Shown here: positions 23,721 to 36,800 of the stretch, piece by piece | Layout: every line of letters begins with the position of its first letter | Numbering within the stretch: position 1 is the first letter of the stretch | DNA from: Selaginella moellendorffii | Taxonomy: Eukaryota; Plantae; Lycopodiophyta | NCBI RefSeq assembly: GCF_000143415.4 | Contig: NW_003314286.1 | Coordinates: 1 to 64,000, forward strand | Direction of reading: 5' to 3' | Length of the DNA: 64,000 nucleotides | The notes under the pieces: generated by a model | Seen by the model: only the letters and a program-made list of their open reading frames with translations | Database searches by the model: none | What the model was told of the DNA's origin: nothing | Position numbers and translations under genes: made by a program

Positions 23721-26700
23721 TGTGAGACACAAAATCCCTAGGCCCCAAAGTGGAGCCGGAAGGGTGCCACGTGGTAGTGGCCAAAGTGAAAGCCAAATGA
23801 GTGTGATATGTTTGGACCGAAAGCTCCGACTTGAAAGGTCGAGAGCGGGAGTGGAACTCCCAGTGGAGGGCTCGAGGAATGAGTACAAAGCAAGTAATAA
23901 GCGAGGCTCCAAAAAGGGACCCAAAAGGACCAACACGTGACATGTGGATGACTCCGAGATGGAGTCCAAAATGGACCAAGACGGAGTCTGAGATGGAGTC
24001 CGAGATTGATCCAAGATGGAGTCCGAGATGGAGTTCGAGATGGACCCGAGTTAGAGTCCGAGATGGAGTCCGAAATGGATCCAAGATGGAGTCCGAGATG
24101 GAGTCCGAGATGGATCCAAGATGGAGTCCGAGATGGATCCAAGATGGAGTCCGAGATGGATCCAAGATGGAGTCCAAGTCCGAGTCCGAGTCCGAGTTTG
24201 AGCCCAAGTCCGAGTTCGAGTCTGAGAGGGTGAAAGCCCAAAGCATTCGTCTCCCAGACCCTGGGGGGTTTGATGAGCTCCAAAAGTATAGTAAGGGGGA
24301 GGACTGCAGTGGAGCCAATTTGGCCAGGAAAGGCCAGTTTGGCCCAGGAAGGCTGTACCTAGTGTTGGGTGATGAGTTCCCCACTGGGAAGTCCAAGACT
24401 AGAGTGAACATGGACCGACAAGCGGGGTAGCTTGGTGAAGTGTTCAAGAGTCAGCTCTAGTTCCCCCGGGAGATCGACTGGCCGATGCTCCCAGTCCAAG
24501 TGTGGGTGGCACTACCTACTTGGATACCAGGCGTGGCTCAACGGAATCTCGCTCTAAGCCCATGGCTAGAGCACCCAAAGGCGGAAGGTGGGGAGAGTAC
24601 CCACGAGGCTTGCGTAAGGCCATGGTGTTCCGAAACGTTGTCCCAAAGGCCCAGACTGTGGAAAGGAAGAGGAGTAGTCCTCTGGTGTAGTGACCAAGAA
24701 TACAATCGTGTGGTGAAGAAGTCCCAGAGGACCGTGGGACTTAGTGATCGGGCTTGTGGGCCTTGATCCAGTGGCAGTGTTGGCAAACACGGCCATGGGC
24801 AGAAAGGGACTTGGTAGGGACCGGAAAGGGGAGATTGGGGAAGGCTATTCCCCATGTCTGTGGGCATCCTAAGGATGCTAAGGAGTGGATCTAGGATGAT
24901 CACTCATGGACAAATGGCCTAGTCTTTGAGAGACGGGATTGTGGTGTAGGTGGTGTCAGACCACCGGTGTGACCAAGGTGAATGGGCATGGCCTTAGCAT
25001 AATGGGCTAATATGTCGGTGGTACCTTGGGGTGTCAGTCATGGGATCGGACACGTGGAGCACTTAAACCAAGTGCAAATTTTGAGTGGCGAGGATGCCAT
25101 TCTCGGGGCTAGCAAGCCCAAGTCCAAAATAGGACTTATGGAGGGGGGTTCCAAAAGTATAGTAGGGAGAGTGTGGGGTTGGAGCCCAGTGGAGCCAGTT
25201 GGGCAGGAAAGGCCAGTTTGGCCCAGGAAAGGCCAGTTGGGCCCAGGAAGGCCATACCCAATGTTGGGTGATGAGTTGACCACTGGGAAGTCCAAGACTA
25301 GAGTGAATACGGACCGACAAGTGGGGTAGCTTGGTGAAGTGTTCAAGAGCCGGCTTTAGTTCCCCCGGGAGATCGAATGGTCGATGCTCCCAATCCAAGT
25401 GTGGGTGGCACTACTTACTTGGATACCTGGCGTGGCTCAACGGAACCTCACTCTAAGCCCATGGCTAGAGCACCCAAAGGCAGAAGGAGGGGAGAGTACC
25501 CACGAGGCTTATGTAAGGCCACGGTGTTCCGAAATGTTGTCCCAAAGGCCCAGACTGTGGAAAGGAAGAGGAGTAGTCCTCTTGTGTAGTGACCAAGGAT
25601 ACAGTCGTGCAGTGAGGAAGTCCCAAAGGACCGTGGGACTTAGTGGTCGGGCCGGTGGGCCTTGATCCAGTGGCAGTGTTAGTGAACACGGCCAAGAACA
25701 GAAAGGGACTTGGTGGGGACCAGAAAGGAGATATTGGGGAAGGCTATTCCCCATGTCTAGGGGCATCCTAAGGATGCTAAGGAGTGGATCTGGGATGACC
25801 ACTCATGGACGGATGGCCCAGTCTTGGAAAGACGGGATTGCAATGCTGGTGGTGTTGAACCACCGATGTGACCAAGGTGATTGGGCATGGCCTAGTGTAA
25901 CGGGCTGGTATGTTGGTGGTGCCTTGGGGTGTCGGTCATGGGACCGGACACGTGGAGCACTTGGACCAAGTGCTAAGGTTGAGTGGCATGGATGCCATTC
26001 TCGGGGCTATCAAGCCCCAAGTCCCAAATTGGACTTCTGGAGGTTGTGAAAGAGACTCCTCCAAGTGGTCAGAGATGTGGTTAAGTGACTAAAGTAGAAT
26101 GGAAAAATTAGTCGCTTATATGAGGCTGGTGCTCATGAATTTGAGACCGGAATTAATAACTGTGGAAGGTCAAATACGAAAGAAGACACAAGTCCTTGAA
26201 ATGGTAACCAGGGCTACCTTTAATAAATGCTGGAACAACTCAAGGTGTTGGGGGTGTACTTAGAGGATGAGTTGGTATTCTCATCACATGGACAAGTCAT
26301 CCTAAGGGGGAAAAGGTTACCCCAAGAGAACAAATCAAGTGCCGGAGTAACACTTGCAAAGATAGTCCTTGTGAGTAGGACTTGAATACAAGAAGTTGTA
26401 TTTCAGTGAGCTGGCACCTCAAAGGTGGGACCTCATGGGTCGTCGAATGACAAAGTCCAAAAAGCTGGAAGGACTCAAATAGAGTCAAGGAATAATCCTG
26501 NNNNNNNNNNNNNNNNNNNNNNNNNNNNNNNNNNNNNNNNNNNNNNNNNNNNNNNNNNNNNNNNNNNNNNNNNNNNNNNNNNNNNNNNNNNNNNNNNNNN
26601 NNNNNNNNNNNNNNNNNNNNNNNNNNNNNNNNNNNNNNNNNNNNNNNNNNNNNNNNNNNNNNNNNNNNNNNNNNNNNNNNNNNNNNNNNNNNNNNNNNNN

Positions 26701-27555
26701 NNNNNNNNNNNNNGGGTATCTCATCGATGGCAAAATGTGCCATGCTAAAGTCTTGGGAAAGGTGTTCCTAGAAAAAGCAACTTTGGTGTAGAGTTGTGTG
26801 CGAACACTATGATGTAGTGCTAACAGATAGTTGGCATGAGAAATGACTGGGTTGGTCTTGGCAAAGACCTAGACACAAGTGCAAAGTGTCATAAAGGTAG
26901 ACGCACGGAGCCGATGGTGTGGAGACACCAAATGGGCCAAGGTGTGATGCCTTGAGGTTATGTTGATGGGTTTATGAGAACCCCTTGCAAAGGGAATCCC
27001 AATGAAAATGGGAATGGCATAGCCTATGCTGAAAGGCATGTGGTTGGAGTGTGGTGACCCAAATAATGATGGAGGTGTGGAAGCACCAAGCAATGAGTTG
27101 TAGGACTTGACAACTATGAGGCAACTAAGCATGAGGTGCAGGTAATTGGTTAAACAGGTAGAAGGTAGCTACCCAAGACTTCTTAATGGCATAAAGAAGT
27201 TAAATATACCCTTATCGGTGATAAGTTGTTTATGTTGCGATATAGTAAGTCAATGTCATAAAAGGAAATGCTCATTGTTAAGGACGCCATCATTGGGACA
27301 CCCAAACACTCTAGAACCCCAAAAGGTGGTGTTTGGAGTCACAAAGACATTAAATAAGGCCCAAGGGACTAAGTCCCTAGCAAATGATGGATAGGAAGTG
27401 CTATCCAAACGTCCAAGGTTCTGGAGACGGGAGAAATCCGTCTACCCGATTTGGACAAAGCCAAAAATGGGATTTTGGCAAGGCTAATAATGGGCATATA
27501 AAGGCCCATAAGTAGCAACATTAATCCCGGTGTATGGGATTATAAGGTGAGCATG
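23721..27555 (+). mobile_element. Family C copy 2: LTR 23721-26120 with an internal tandem duplication of about 0.9 kb, then internal region (PBS deleted)
   Basis: Starts TGTGAG and ends GCTTA(C>T)A; 24485 and 25384 are equivalent positions (offset 899); spans gap 26501-26713. Confidence 0.8.
23950..24225 (+). repeat. Hexamer-based tandem array (GAGATG/GAGTCC) within the family C LTR
   Basis: Direct reading; related (CTCGGA)n arrays occur in family B LTRs at about 21235-21320, 47725-47983 and 51581-51760. Confidence 0.9.
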
Positions 27556-27962
27556 AAGCGTGTCTCGCTGGAGTACGGTTGCATTAAAGATGTATGGTTT
27601 GGAAAGGGAGTTCAACCTTTAGTTGTTATGCTCTCTACTACATCTTTGAAGTGGGCTTATTGTAACGGAAAAACACTTTCAAGTTACTTGCTATTTATTT
27701 ATGACTTGGGGGACGAAGGCACGTGTGAGGGAGAAGCAGCAATACGGGATGTACTCGATGAGTTTTCTGATGTTTTTCCATTTGAACTTGCTCATGGGTT
27801 GCCTCCATTATAAGGTGTGGAGCATGGGATTACATTGAAGCCAGAGATGCGGCCAATTTACTGGCGTCCATTTCGGTTAAGTTATGCGGAGGAGCAAAAA
27901 GTTCAATGACAAGTCAAGGAGTTATTTGAGTTTGAATTTATTCAACCAAGTAAGTCTCCATT
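27556..27962 (+). pseudogene. Ty3/gypsy PR-RT junction fragment from another family
   Basis: DVLDEFSDVFPFELAHGLPP*GVEHGITL...PFRLS...FIQPSKSPF. Confidence 0.8.
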
Positions 27963-28794
27963 TCCAAATTGACTTGAGGTTGAGACTGAGGATTAAGAGC
28001 CTTGGGTGGGAGTGAGCATGGACTTGGGTGGTGTCGGAGAGGCCACCCAAGGAAGTGCTCAAGAGCAGCTCTTACTCCCCAAAGGGAAACTAACTGTAGT
28101 GCTCCCGGCTCATATGGAATGGTGCCCCACTTGTAGCACATGTGATCATGGGACAAGATTTGGATATATTATCACCATGGATCCTTGGAACCTTGGGGGA
28201 TAAATGGGGATAAATAGCCACTAAAGGCTCTCTCATCAAGTAATTGCCCCTTTTCTAGTTGGCTTAAGGGGAAAGAAATAAGGTCACTTGAGTACCTTGG
28301 GGCTCATTAGTCCTCGCTCTTTCCTAGGGACTTGGGCTTTTCATTTAAAATGGAAGTGGGGAGTAGGGGTATACATACCAAGCTTTTAAGCAACGGTGTT
28401 TCCCTCTAGTGTCCCGAAACAAGTGATGCTCTCAAAGCTTGAGATTTAAAGGGTCTCATGATCAAGTCTTGTGGTACCTAGGGATGTTAGGAATTTGGAA
28501 GCTTGGTGCACTTGGCTACTTGTGCCTATAGGGAGTGTAGCCAAACTTTAAATCCAGTCTAACCCAAGGAGGGGGATTGGGAGAGAATTTTGGAATTAAT
28601 AGATAGTTGTTTAACACCCTATTACTCATATAGTGAGTAGTTGAAGCTAAGTAGGACAAAGTAGGGGCTACTACCATAAGCAAGAACCTTGGTAAGGAAC
28701 TTAATTAAGGCCAAGGCAGTGGTGATCAAATAAACAAGGTAAGTTAGTAAATTGGAAAGGAAAAATTTATAGCTTACAATTTAGTATTGGAGCC
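27963..28794 (+). mobile_element. Older partial family B LTR with degenerate Met-type PBS
   Basis: Reverse complement of 20448-21110; ends GCTTACA at 28777, followed by atttagtattggagcc. Confidence 0.8.
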
Positions 28795-30289
28795 TTTTCC
28801 TCAATTCTAGCGAAGGATAGAAGTAGATTGCTAAGAGATGGCTAAGGTTTAGGGTTTCGTCACAGGACATTCTCCACCAAGACTTAGCATTATCTACCAA
28901 GTATGGTTTAGCACATGGGACATTCTTCAAACTCGGTAATTGCAACACTCAGAAATAATCCTCCATATCATAAAACCAATCCTTCACCACTTTATAATCA
29001 TTCACACCCTTGAAAATTGGTGGGGGCTTTGGTTTGCACTTGAGAACTTTTTGAGGAACTGATTCCACTTTGGTTTGTTCAACCTTGTTCGGCTTTGCTT
29101 TAGTCCCCGCAAAAGGGTTCATGCCTTCTACATTACCAGCATCTATAATCTTTTGCTTTTTCTTCTTCTTCTCATCACGCTTTAGCTTGCATACAATGGT
29201 CTTTAGTAGGGCATTGGTCTATGCCTATTGTCCTTCTAAAATGTCCAATCAAACCTTAGACAACCAAACTTCACCATTAGGCTCCTGTTTTGGAAGTTTC
29301 CTCACTAAAGTCTTCCTTACGTAAGGATTTCTCATCCATAACTTTTTGTTTGACCAAAGGCTCCAGCTTTGAAGGCCCTATCTCTGGCTCATTGGAAAGC
29401 TCTCACTGAGCTCTTTAACCTTCCTGAAATCTTCAACTCTAAAATCTTCACTGCATGCGAGATAATGGCCAAAAACTTCTCAGCTCCAAAACCACTTGAA
29501 CTTCACCAACTTCAGCTGCATCTCCCCTCTGGGGCTCTAGCACACTACTTTACTTCCTTTTGCACTTCCTCCAACTCACAAACCACACAAATCTCTAGAA
29601 AACAAGGAAAAAATGCAAAGTGAGTCAACCTTCTCAGTTGACACCACTCCACGACAAAACCAGCAACAGTCCCAAGAGCCTCTGCACGCTAGGACACTCC
29701 TCAACCTCACCATTTACCTCTCCAAGTCTCACTTTGATAGCCACTCTCAACTTCTAGTTTAAACTTCGTCACTACCATCCTTGCCAGAAATTTCTTAGTC
29801 GCATTCCACAATTGCCTTCCTCTCAATCTTTTGCCAGTGACTTCTTCCTGCCCTCTTTCTTATATTTCATCTTTACATCATACCCACATCATCTCCTGCG
29901 TGTGATTATATTTCCTAAGGTGAAACCCATTTACCTTTGTTGGGTGGTGGTTCCCTGCGAAGTCTGCAAGTTGAACAACTCCATTCTCGAAAACCTCCAC
30001 CCTGAGGGAACCCAACCACCTCATCTTCAACTTGCCAGGGCGTTTCCAATACTTTGAATCGTAAAGCAACTCTAGATCTCTGATTTTGAGCTCTCACTTC
30101 TTGATCTCTCAAGCTCAACTGGAAGAATAGCCTCTTGCCCATACACAAGCTGAAATGGGGAAAACTGTGTGGTGACTTTTTAGGCCACACGATAAGCCCA
30201 CACTATTAGAATCCTATCCCTTACACCCTAAGCCAACTGGCTAAAGGGGTAATCACTTGATTGCAGGGCCTTTTCTTTATCCTATTATC

Positions 30290-30659
30290 TGTAAGCTCCT
30301 AAATTTAGACTTCCTGAGAGATCACCCAACCCAGTATTATTCAAACCCAAGGACGCTTAACCCCAAATATCCCAAGACCCTTAACCGATTGGAAAAGGGG
30401 GTGCACTCTTGTTCATAGGCCCTTTCCCTCTATATTTAAACCCTATGGATTATTTCTCAAGTCGTTCCCTTTGGTTGTTTACAATCCACCATGCTTCCCT
30501 TGCAAGTTCACGCCCTCATGAACGGAAGCTGAGAGCCGCAGTTCTCCTAAGAGCCCCACTCTCTTGACACCCTACCCCTCGAATTGAATTATGGTGTGAT
30601 TCTCTCTATATTTAAGCCCTATGGATCATCTCTCAAGTCGTTTCCTTTGGTTGTTTACA
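30290..30659 (-). mobile_element. Cassandra-like TRIM with a 5S rRNA-derived segment in its LTR
   Basis: Complete LTR 30290-30483 (TGTAA...TTACA), partial second LTR 30604-30659, perfect TSD TTATC at 30285-30289 and 30660-30664. Confidence 0.85.
30308..30361 (-). promoter_or_regulatory. 5S rRNA-like internal Pol III promoter segment (box A to box C)
   Basis: GTTAAGCGTCCTTGGGTTTGAATAATACTGGGTTGGGTGATCTCTCAGGAAGTC aligns without gaps to the plant 5S core; about 42/54 identity by hand against a remembered consensus. Confidence 0.82.
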
Positions 30660-33600
30660 TTATCTTAATCTTGTGCCTAATAATCCTCCCCTTGTTAGGG
30701 AATACCTGCGACCATACTTAGGCCACCCTTTGGTCACCATGGTCCTTCTTATAAGGAGGTCCTTCTTATAGAGTCTACCAGATCTTGGTTCTCCCTTTAA
30801 ATCCACCATGTTGAATATTCCTTCAAAATATTCCCACCCCACTCGTCAGCTATGAGAATCAAACTAGGCTCCAATACCAATGTTAGGATCCTATCCCTTA
30901 CACCTTAAGCCAACTTGCTAAAGGGGTGATCACTTATCCTATTATCCTGACCTAATGCCTAACACACATTGCATCAAGAATTCTCCTATCCCAATCACTT
31001 CCTAATGCTGAAAAGGCCTTTGTCACAATCTGGCAAAGAATACCATTGGTTTGCTCCACTTGGCCATTGCAGCAAGGGTAGTAAGGAGTGGAATTTGTGT
31101 GGTAGATGCTGTAGAGGTCAGTAAGTGAAGCCACCACCTCATTGAGAAAGTGTGTGCCCCAATTGCTCACTAACTCAAGAGGATAGCTGAATCGAGTAAT
31201 CACCTATTCATATAAGAACTCAGCAACTTCCCGACTTGTGTCCTCCCTCAGGGCCTTCACCTCAGCCCATTTCGTGACATAATCCATTCACACAAGCACA
31301 TACTTGGAACCTGTCCTCCGAGCAGGTGGAAAAGGGCCACAAAAATCCATGCCCCAATTTCTTAATGGCAAAACTGGCAATAGCAGCTGAAGAGGAAGGT
31401 AGTCTTGACGGCTCGGCTTCCCCTGAACACTGCCAAGGGTTACCCATCTTCACANNNNNNNNNNNNNNNNNNNNNNNNNNNNNNNNNNNNNNNNNNNNNN
31501 NNNNNNNNNNNNNNNNNNNNNNNNNNNNNNNNNNNNNNNNNNNNNNNNNNNNNNNNNNNNNNNNNNNNNNNNNNNNNNNNNNNNNNNNNNNNNNNNNNNN
31601 NNNNNNNNNNNNNNNNNNNNNNNNNNNNNNNNNNNNNNNNNNNNNNNNNNNNNNNNNNNNNNNNNNNNNNNNNNNNNNNNNNNNNNNNNNNNNNNNNNNN
31701 NNNNNNNNNNNNNNNNNNNNNNNNNNNNNNNNNNNNNNNNNNNNNNNNNNNNNNNNNNNNNNNNNNNNNNNNNNNNNNNNNNNNNNNNNNNNNNNNNNNN
31801 NNNNNNNNNNNNNNNNNNNNNNNNNNNNNNNNNNNNNNNNNNNNNNNNNNNNNNNNNNNNNNNNNNNNNNNNNNNNNNNNNNNNNNNNNNNNNNNNNNNN
31901 NNNNNNNNNNNNNNNNNNNNNNNNNNNNNNNNNNNNNNNNNNNNNNNNNNNNNNNNNNNNNNNNNNNNNNNNNNNNNNNNNNNNNNNNNNNNNNNNNNNN
32001 NNNNNNNNNNNNNNNNNNNNNNNNNNNNNNNNNNNNNNNNNNNNNNNNNNNNNNNNNNNNNNNNNNNNNNNNNNNNNNNNAAAGGTGGAGCTTGCCATTT
32101 GCTTTGCATGTTAGGATGACATTGGAGATCCATTGAGAGTGTTCTATTGGGTAAATAAAACTTGCAGTAAGCAATTTATTGATTTCGATCTTGATATCTG
32201 GCAAAAGAGAGTTGTTGAATCGTCACATCTTTTACTTCACAGGTCTGGCAGGGTCCAGCAGTGTGATTTGGTGCATGATAGTGTCCATAGGTACTCGGTA
32301 CAGCAAAGTTGGGCTCTGTAATGGTGCATTGCCATGAGGGTGAACTTGCTTGAGCTTGCATAGTGGAGATAGCTTGGTGAGAGAGACAATCAGCCCAAAA
32401 GTTCTCCTCTCAAGGAATGTTTGAGAAGCGGACCTGATGAAAATGGTCTTGAAGATCCATCATACGCTGCCATAAGTCACAAAGGTTATCCCTCCACACT
32501 TAGTAGATGCTGTTAAGTTCTCAGACCACTAATTCCACAAAGGAAACTCACTGGATCTGGTGAGAGATGGTGAGTTCCATTTCTGTGATCATGGCCAAGT
32601 ATTCTGCCTCATTAGCAGACATTGGTAATGTGGTGGAAATGTGAGCAACATTCTTCTCTTTTGCATCAAGTATCCAAACACCAACCCCACGACTTGGTAG
32701 AAAGCACCATCAAAGTAAGCTGTGAAGTCAAGCGTATCCTGGCCCTCAAATATAAGGGAAATAGGGAAATAATCTCCTTGAGTTCGCATTTAGAAACAGC
32801 AGGGGAAGAGTCGGGTGTAGATGAGGTGATGTCTCTCTTTGCTTCCTCCCTCATTGCATGCAGGATGTCCAATTGGTGGCCAACTGATGGACCCCATCCT
32901 CAGTAACTATGGGATTGATAAAGATTGGAGTCTGTTCTGTTGTCTCGGTATGCAGGGTGACTCTTGTTGTGATTATCCACGTCCTGACCCGCATTCAGTG
33001 CAGACACAGACTGGATTATGGTCTTGGTAAGTGAAGTGGGGGTCCCTTGAGTATCCTCAAACAATGAAGTAGTTGACAAAATGGTAGAAGAAGTTGCTAC
33101 TGTGTTAGCTTCATCATTACACTATTCCAGTGAAGGTGATGAGTCAGATGCACCTGGTTTCCTGAAGCCTAGGAGGCTCTGAACTTGTGACTAGATGGTA
33201 GAGAAGTCCAGTGTAGTCGTGGTCCAGTCTGCATGAAAGAAATCCACCATATTGCACTTAACCACTCTGATTTCTGGTAGCAACTCATCTTCGATCAGAT
33301 CAGGGAAGAGAACCTTCAAGGTGTGATCAAGCTCAAAGTTGTAGGTGACAGCCACTTGGGACAAAGAAGTAAGTAGGACCTGCCATGAGCATTGAGCAAA
33401 GTCACATTGTGAATACCATTAGTGATCGTCAACTTGCCTTTGGACCATATTGTCATGCAGGTGGCCGCGAGGTGCCATGGCCATCCTAGGATGATAGAGT
33501 CCTTCAGCTTCCCAGATTCAAGCTGCTGGTAGTCCACCACAAGAAAATCTAGCATGGAAACCACTCCTTGTACCAAGATCTTGACATTCCGGCAAATGCC

Positions 33601-33881
33601 CATATGAACCATTGAGTGATTGGCAAATGTTTTGAGGATGATGACTCTGTTTCCAGCCACCTCCAAGCCATTGGAGTGTGCCAAGTCAAGGGAGATGATA
33701 TTGCTCTGGGATCCAGAATCAAGTAATGCTTGTGCTATCAAGGATTTATTGCCAATCTAGACCTCTGCAAAGAATGCTTTGNNNNNNNNNNNNNNNNNNN
33801 NNNNNNNNNNNNNNNNNNNNNNNNNNNNNNNNNNNNNNNNNNNNNNNNNNNNNNNNNNNNNNNNNNNNNNNNNNNNNNNNN

Positions 33882-36800
33882 AGAGGGATGCATTGCCCAA
33901 GGGTGGTAAGTGTAGAAATGATGAAAGATGGAGTGATATGGTGGAGTGCTGAGATGGTGGTGGCACTCTAAGAAGGTGGCCATCTCTGAAAGTATTGGGC
34001 CTATGGTCTGATGTGGAGGATTGATGAAGATAGCAGTTGGGAAGGATGGTGTAGTTGCTAAGTTGCTAGTAAAGAGAGGTGGCATGTGTCCATTGAGTGC
34101 TAGAGCAGAAGAAAGTGGCTTTGGCTTCTGTGGCCTCGCCTAAAGATCCACCTAGGTGCTTTGAGTGAACAGGTTCACCCAGTTAGAAGAAAGTCACTCT
34201 AGAAAAGCTAGTGCGTCATCTGCAAATGGTCGTAATGATATCTTAGAAACGGCATGTCCAAATGAGGTGGTGTCTTCTACTACTAGTGCACATATGTGTG
34301 TCCATGGTATAGTGTAAATGTGACCTTAAAAAAAGATGTGAATAATGGTGAAAGAATGAAAGAGGCAAGATAGGCATCTAGAGGTAAGTGCAGGCAACAC
34401 TGCTGGAAGTGATTGGTGATGGAACTATGAGTGTAGATGATATGGAATGGGTGTGAGGAATGTGTGGGGTGTATTAATGGTAAGGGAATGGCCAAAGAAC
34501 CTGGAACAGAGACCGAGCCAAGTGAGGAACCTCCATACAAACGGCAATGTAGCTTGAGCATGAAATCCAAGGCACGAGCCATAGTCCAATGGAGAAACAC
34601 CCTCTGAAAGTAAGAAAAGGAGCCATGAAAGTAAAGTGAAAGAAAAGAAGAAAAAGAAAAAGAAGAGAAGAGGAATGCCTCACCGGATAAAGTGTTTGAG
34701 GTGAGAGTGGTTGTGAGCGTGTGGGAGCTCACATCCATTAGCATCGACTAGCACATATGCTCCACCTTTGATGTGTCACTGGACAAAGTAGGGCCAGTCC
34801 AGCAAGGGGAGAACTTTGAAGGTGGCATAAAATCCTTAAGTAGAACAAGATTGCCATCCTAGAATGGTTCAGCAGATTGTTGGTGATCAATGACTGACTT
34901 GATCTTCTACTTGCCTCGAAGGAGATGTTCAGTTGTGAATCGTCATTGTTCTTCCAAGGCAAGAACCTCCAAGTCACGTCCATGAAGTTTGTCCTCATTG
35001 CTAAGCTGCATCGCTGCTGTGTATCGAAGTGAAAGTGAGAGTGATGGCACTTGGATCTCCATTGGAAGCACAGCCTCTGTCCCATAGACAAGGGAGAATG
35101 GGTTGCAGAGATGGATATCTTGAAGGATGTCTGAAAGGCCCACAACGCCATAATCAAGTGCTCGTGCCAATGCCTTGGGTGATCCTCCACAAGTTTTGAG
35201 ATGACTGTCTTCAATATCTTGTTTCTGGACTTGGCTTGGCCATTACACTCAGGATAATAGCTGCTTCTCTTCACATGTTTGACCTGCAGCCATTGAGAAG
35301 ATGCTGCATCACCTGTCTAAGGAAGCTGCTGCCATAATTGGAAATCAAAATGGCAGGAACTCTGAATCAGCAAATAATGTACTCGTAGACAAACTTTGTT
35401 GTAGACTATTGATTTGCCTATCATAGAGGGGTGGCCTCGACCCAGTTTGTAAAATAGTCCATGCCACGATGATGTATTGTTGTCCTTTTGAGCTCAGTGG
35501 GTTAATCGGGCCGATGAAGTCAAGTCCCCACTAGAAAAAAGGACCTGGAGAAGTGATGAGTTGGAAAGGAAGACATGGAACATGGCTCTAGGGGTTGAAC
35601 CATTAGCATTTCTCACATGCCTTTGCAAAGGCCAAGTTGTCTTGGTGAATCCGAGGCCAAAAGTAACCATGGTGCAAGAGGAGATGTGTTGTGACTTGTC
35701 CCGAGAAATGCCCCACACAAGAGTGGAAAGCACGAAGGAGCTCAAGGACCTCATGTTCACCCACGCACTGCAACAAAACTTCCTAAGAAGTCCTCCTTTA
35801 AAGGTGTCCATCGAGAAGGCAAAACCCCCGTGCTCGGATCTCCAATGCCTTTTGTTGCACTGGTGAGGAATCTGCTGGGAACTGACCTGAATCCAAGTAC
35901 AATGCAATGTCCTGTAATGCTGTTGGGACTATAAAGTAAGTAGCTTCAGCAACCAGGAACTTGCTTGGATCCATCACACGCTTCCGCCACATGTGAAAAG
36001 TTGGCTGGAACTCTTGGATGGTCACAATCCAAGATAAAGTACAAGGACTGTGAATTGGTCACTGTAAAAAAAAGGTCAGCACATTAAAATAGACATGGAA
36101 ATAGATACAGGCTCCAGTGAGAAAGTGACAAAATCGCTCCAAAGTGTAAAGAACAGCCACTGCTTCTTTTTCCGCATCCATGTACTTCTCAGTCTCCTTG
36201 AACGAATGTGAGGCATAATATGTTGCATGTGGTGGCTTGCCAGGCTGTGAATGTTGGCAAAGGCATACTCCAAAAGCCTTTGTACCTATCGTGATGTAAA
36301 TTTCAAAAGGAAGTTGTTGTTCTGGTGGTTGGAGGACCGGGGCTGTGTGGAGTGACTGCTTTAATGATTCAAAGGCTTGTTGCTGGGACTCACCCCAGAA
36401 AAATGGAATGTTGTGTTGTAATAGAGCTATCAGAGGCCATGAACGTGCAGCAAAGTTGTGGAGGAAATAGCAGAAGAAACCCGTTTGCCCAAGGAAGCTG
36501 CGAAACTGCTTCATGTTGGTTAGCAGGTGCAGAACCATAATCTCCTAAGCCTTGGCTACCTGGGGCCTGATCCCATCTTGTGAGACATCAAAACCTAGCA
36601 ACCAGCTTTCAGTCACCTCAAATTTACACTTTGCCAGGTTCAATGAAAACCTATATTGTCAGCAGCAAGTGAAGATCTACTCTAAGTGCGCAAGGTGGTT
36701 CTCAAAAGAGTCAGAGGTCATGCACAAATCATCCATATACACCCTCAAGGCACCTCCAATCAGGTCGTGAAAGGTGTGGGTCATAAAGTGCTAAAAAGTA

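Larger units (their letters stand above)
30204..30964 (-). mobile_element. TRIM with LTRs of about 85-105 bp, PBS and PPT
   Basis: LTRs 30881-30964 and 30204-30289 plus 30665-30682; PBS TGGTATTGGAGCC 30867-30879; PPT aaggggaggat 30683-30693; TSD CACAC/CACAT; splits integrase DAM|WAYR. Confidence 0.85.
29878..33781 (-). mobile_element. Older A-related element (A'): PR, extra RNase H, RT start, gap, integrase
   Basis: ALLDSGS at about 33720; AYFDGAF at about 32710; FIYPIEHSQW...KANGKL at about 32130; INT STPYYP.CNGQVE and PGKLKMRWLGS. Continuity across gap 31455-32080 is assumed. Confidence 0.75.

Noticed and set aside
23950-24225. CRISPR-like repeat array
   Set aside because: No unique spacers and no cas genes; eukaryotic LTR microsatellite.
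23665-24447. Several long overlapping ORFs rich in SDS, ESEM or LGLH
   Set aside because: Artefacts of the hexamer array in an LTR.
28795-29877. Extra env-like ORF downstream of the A' integrase
   Set aside because: Purine bias suggests decayed coding DNA, but no frame or motif could be recovered.
30308-30361. Functional 5S rRNA gene
   Set aside because: Only the central 54 nt or so are present, embedded in an LTR.
31262-32204. Long ORFs spanning N runs (also near 26500, 33800 and 46500)
   Set aside because: Created by assembly gaps.
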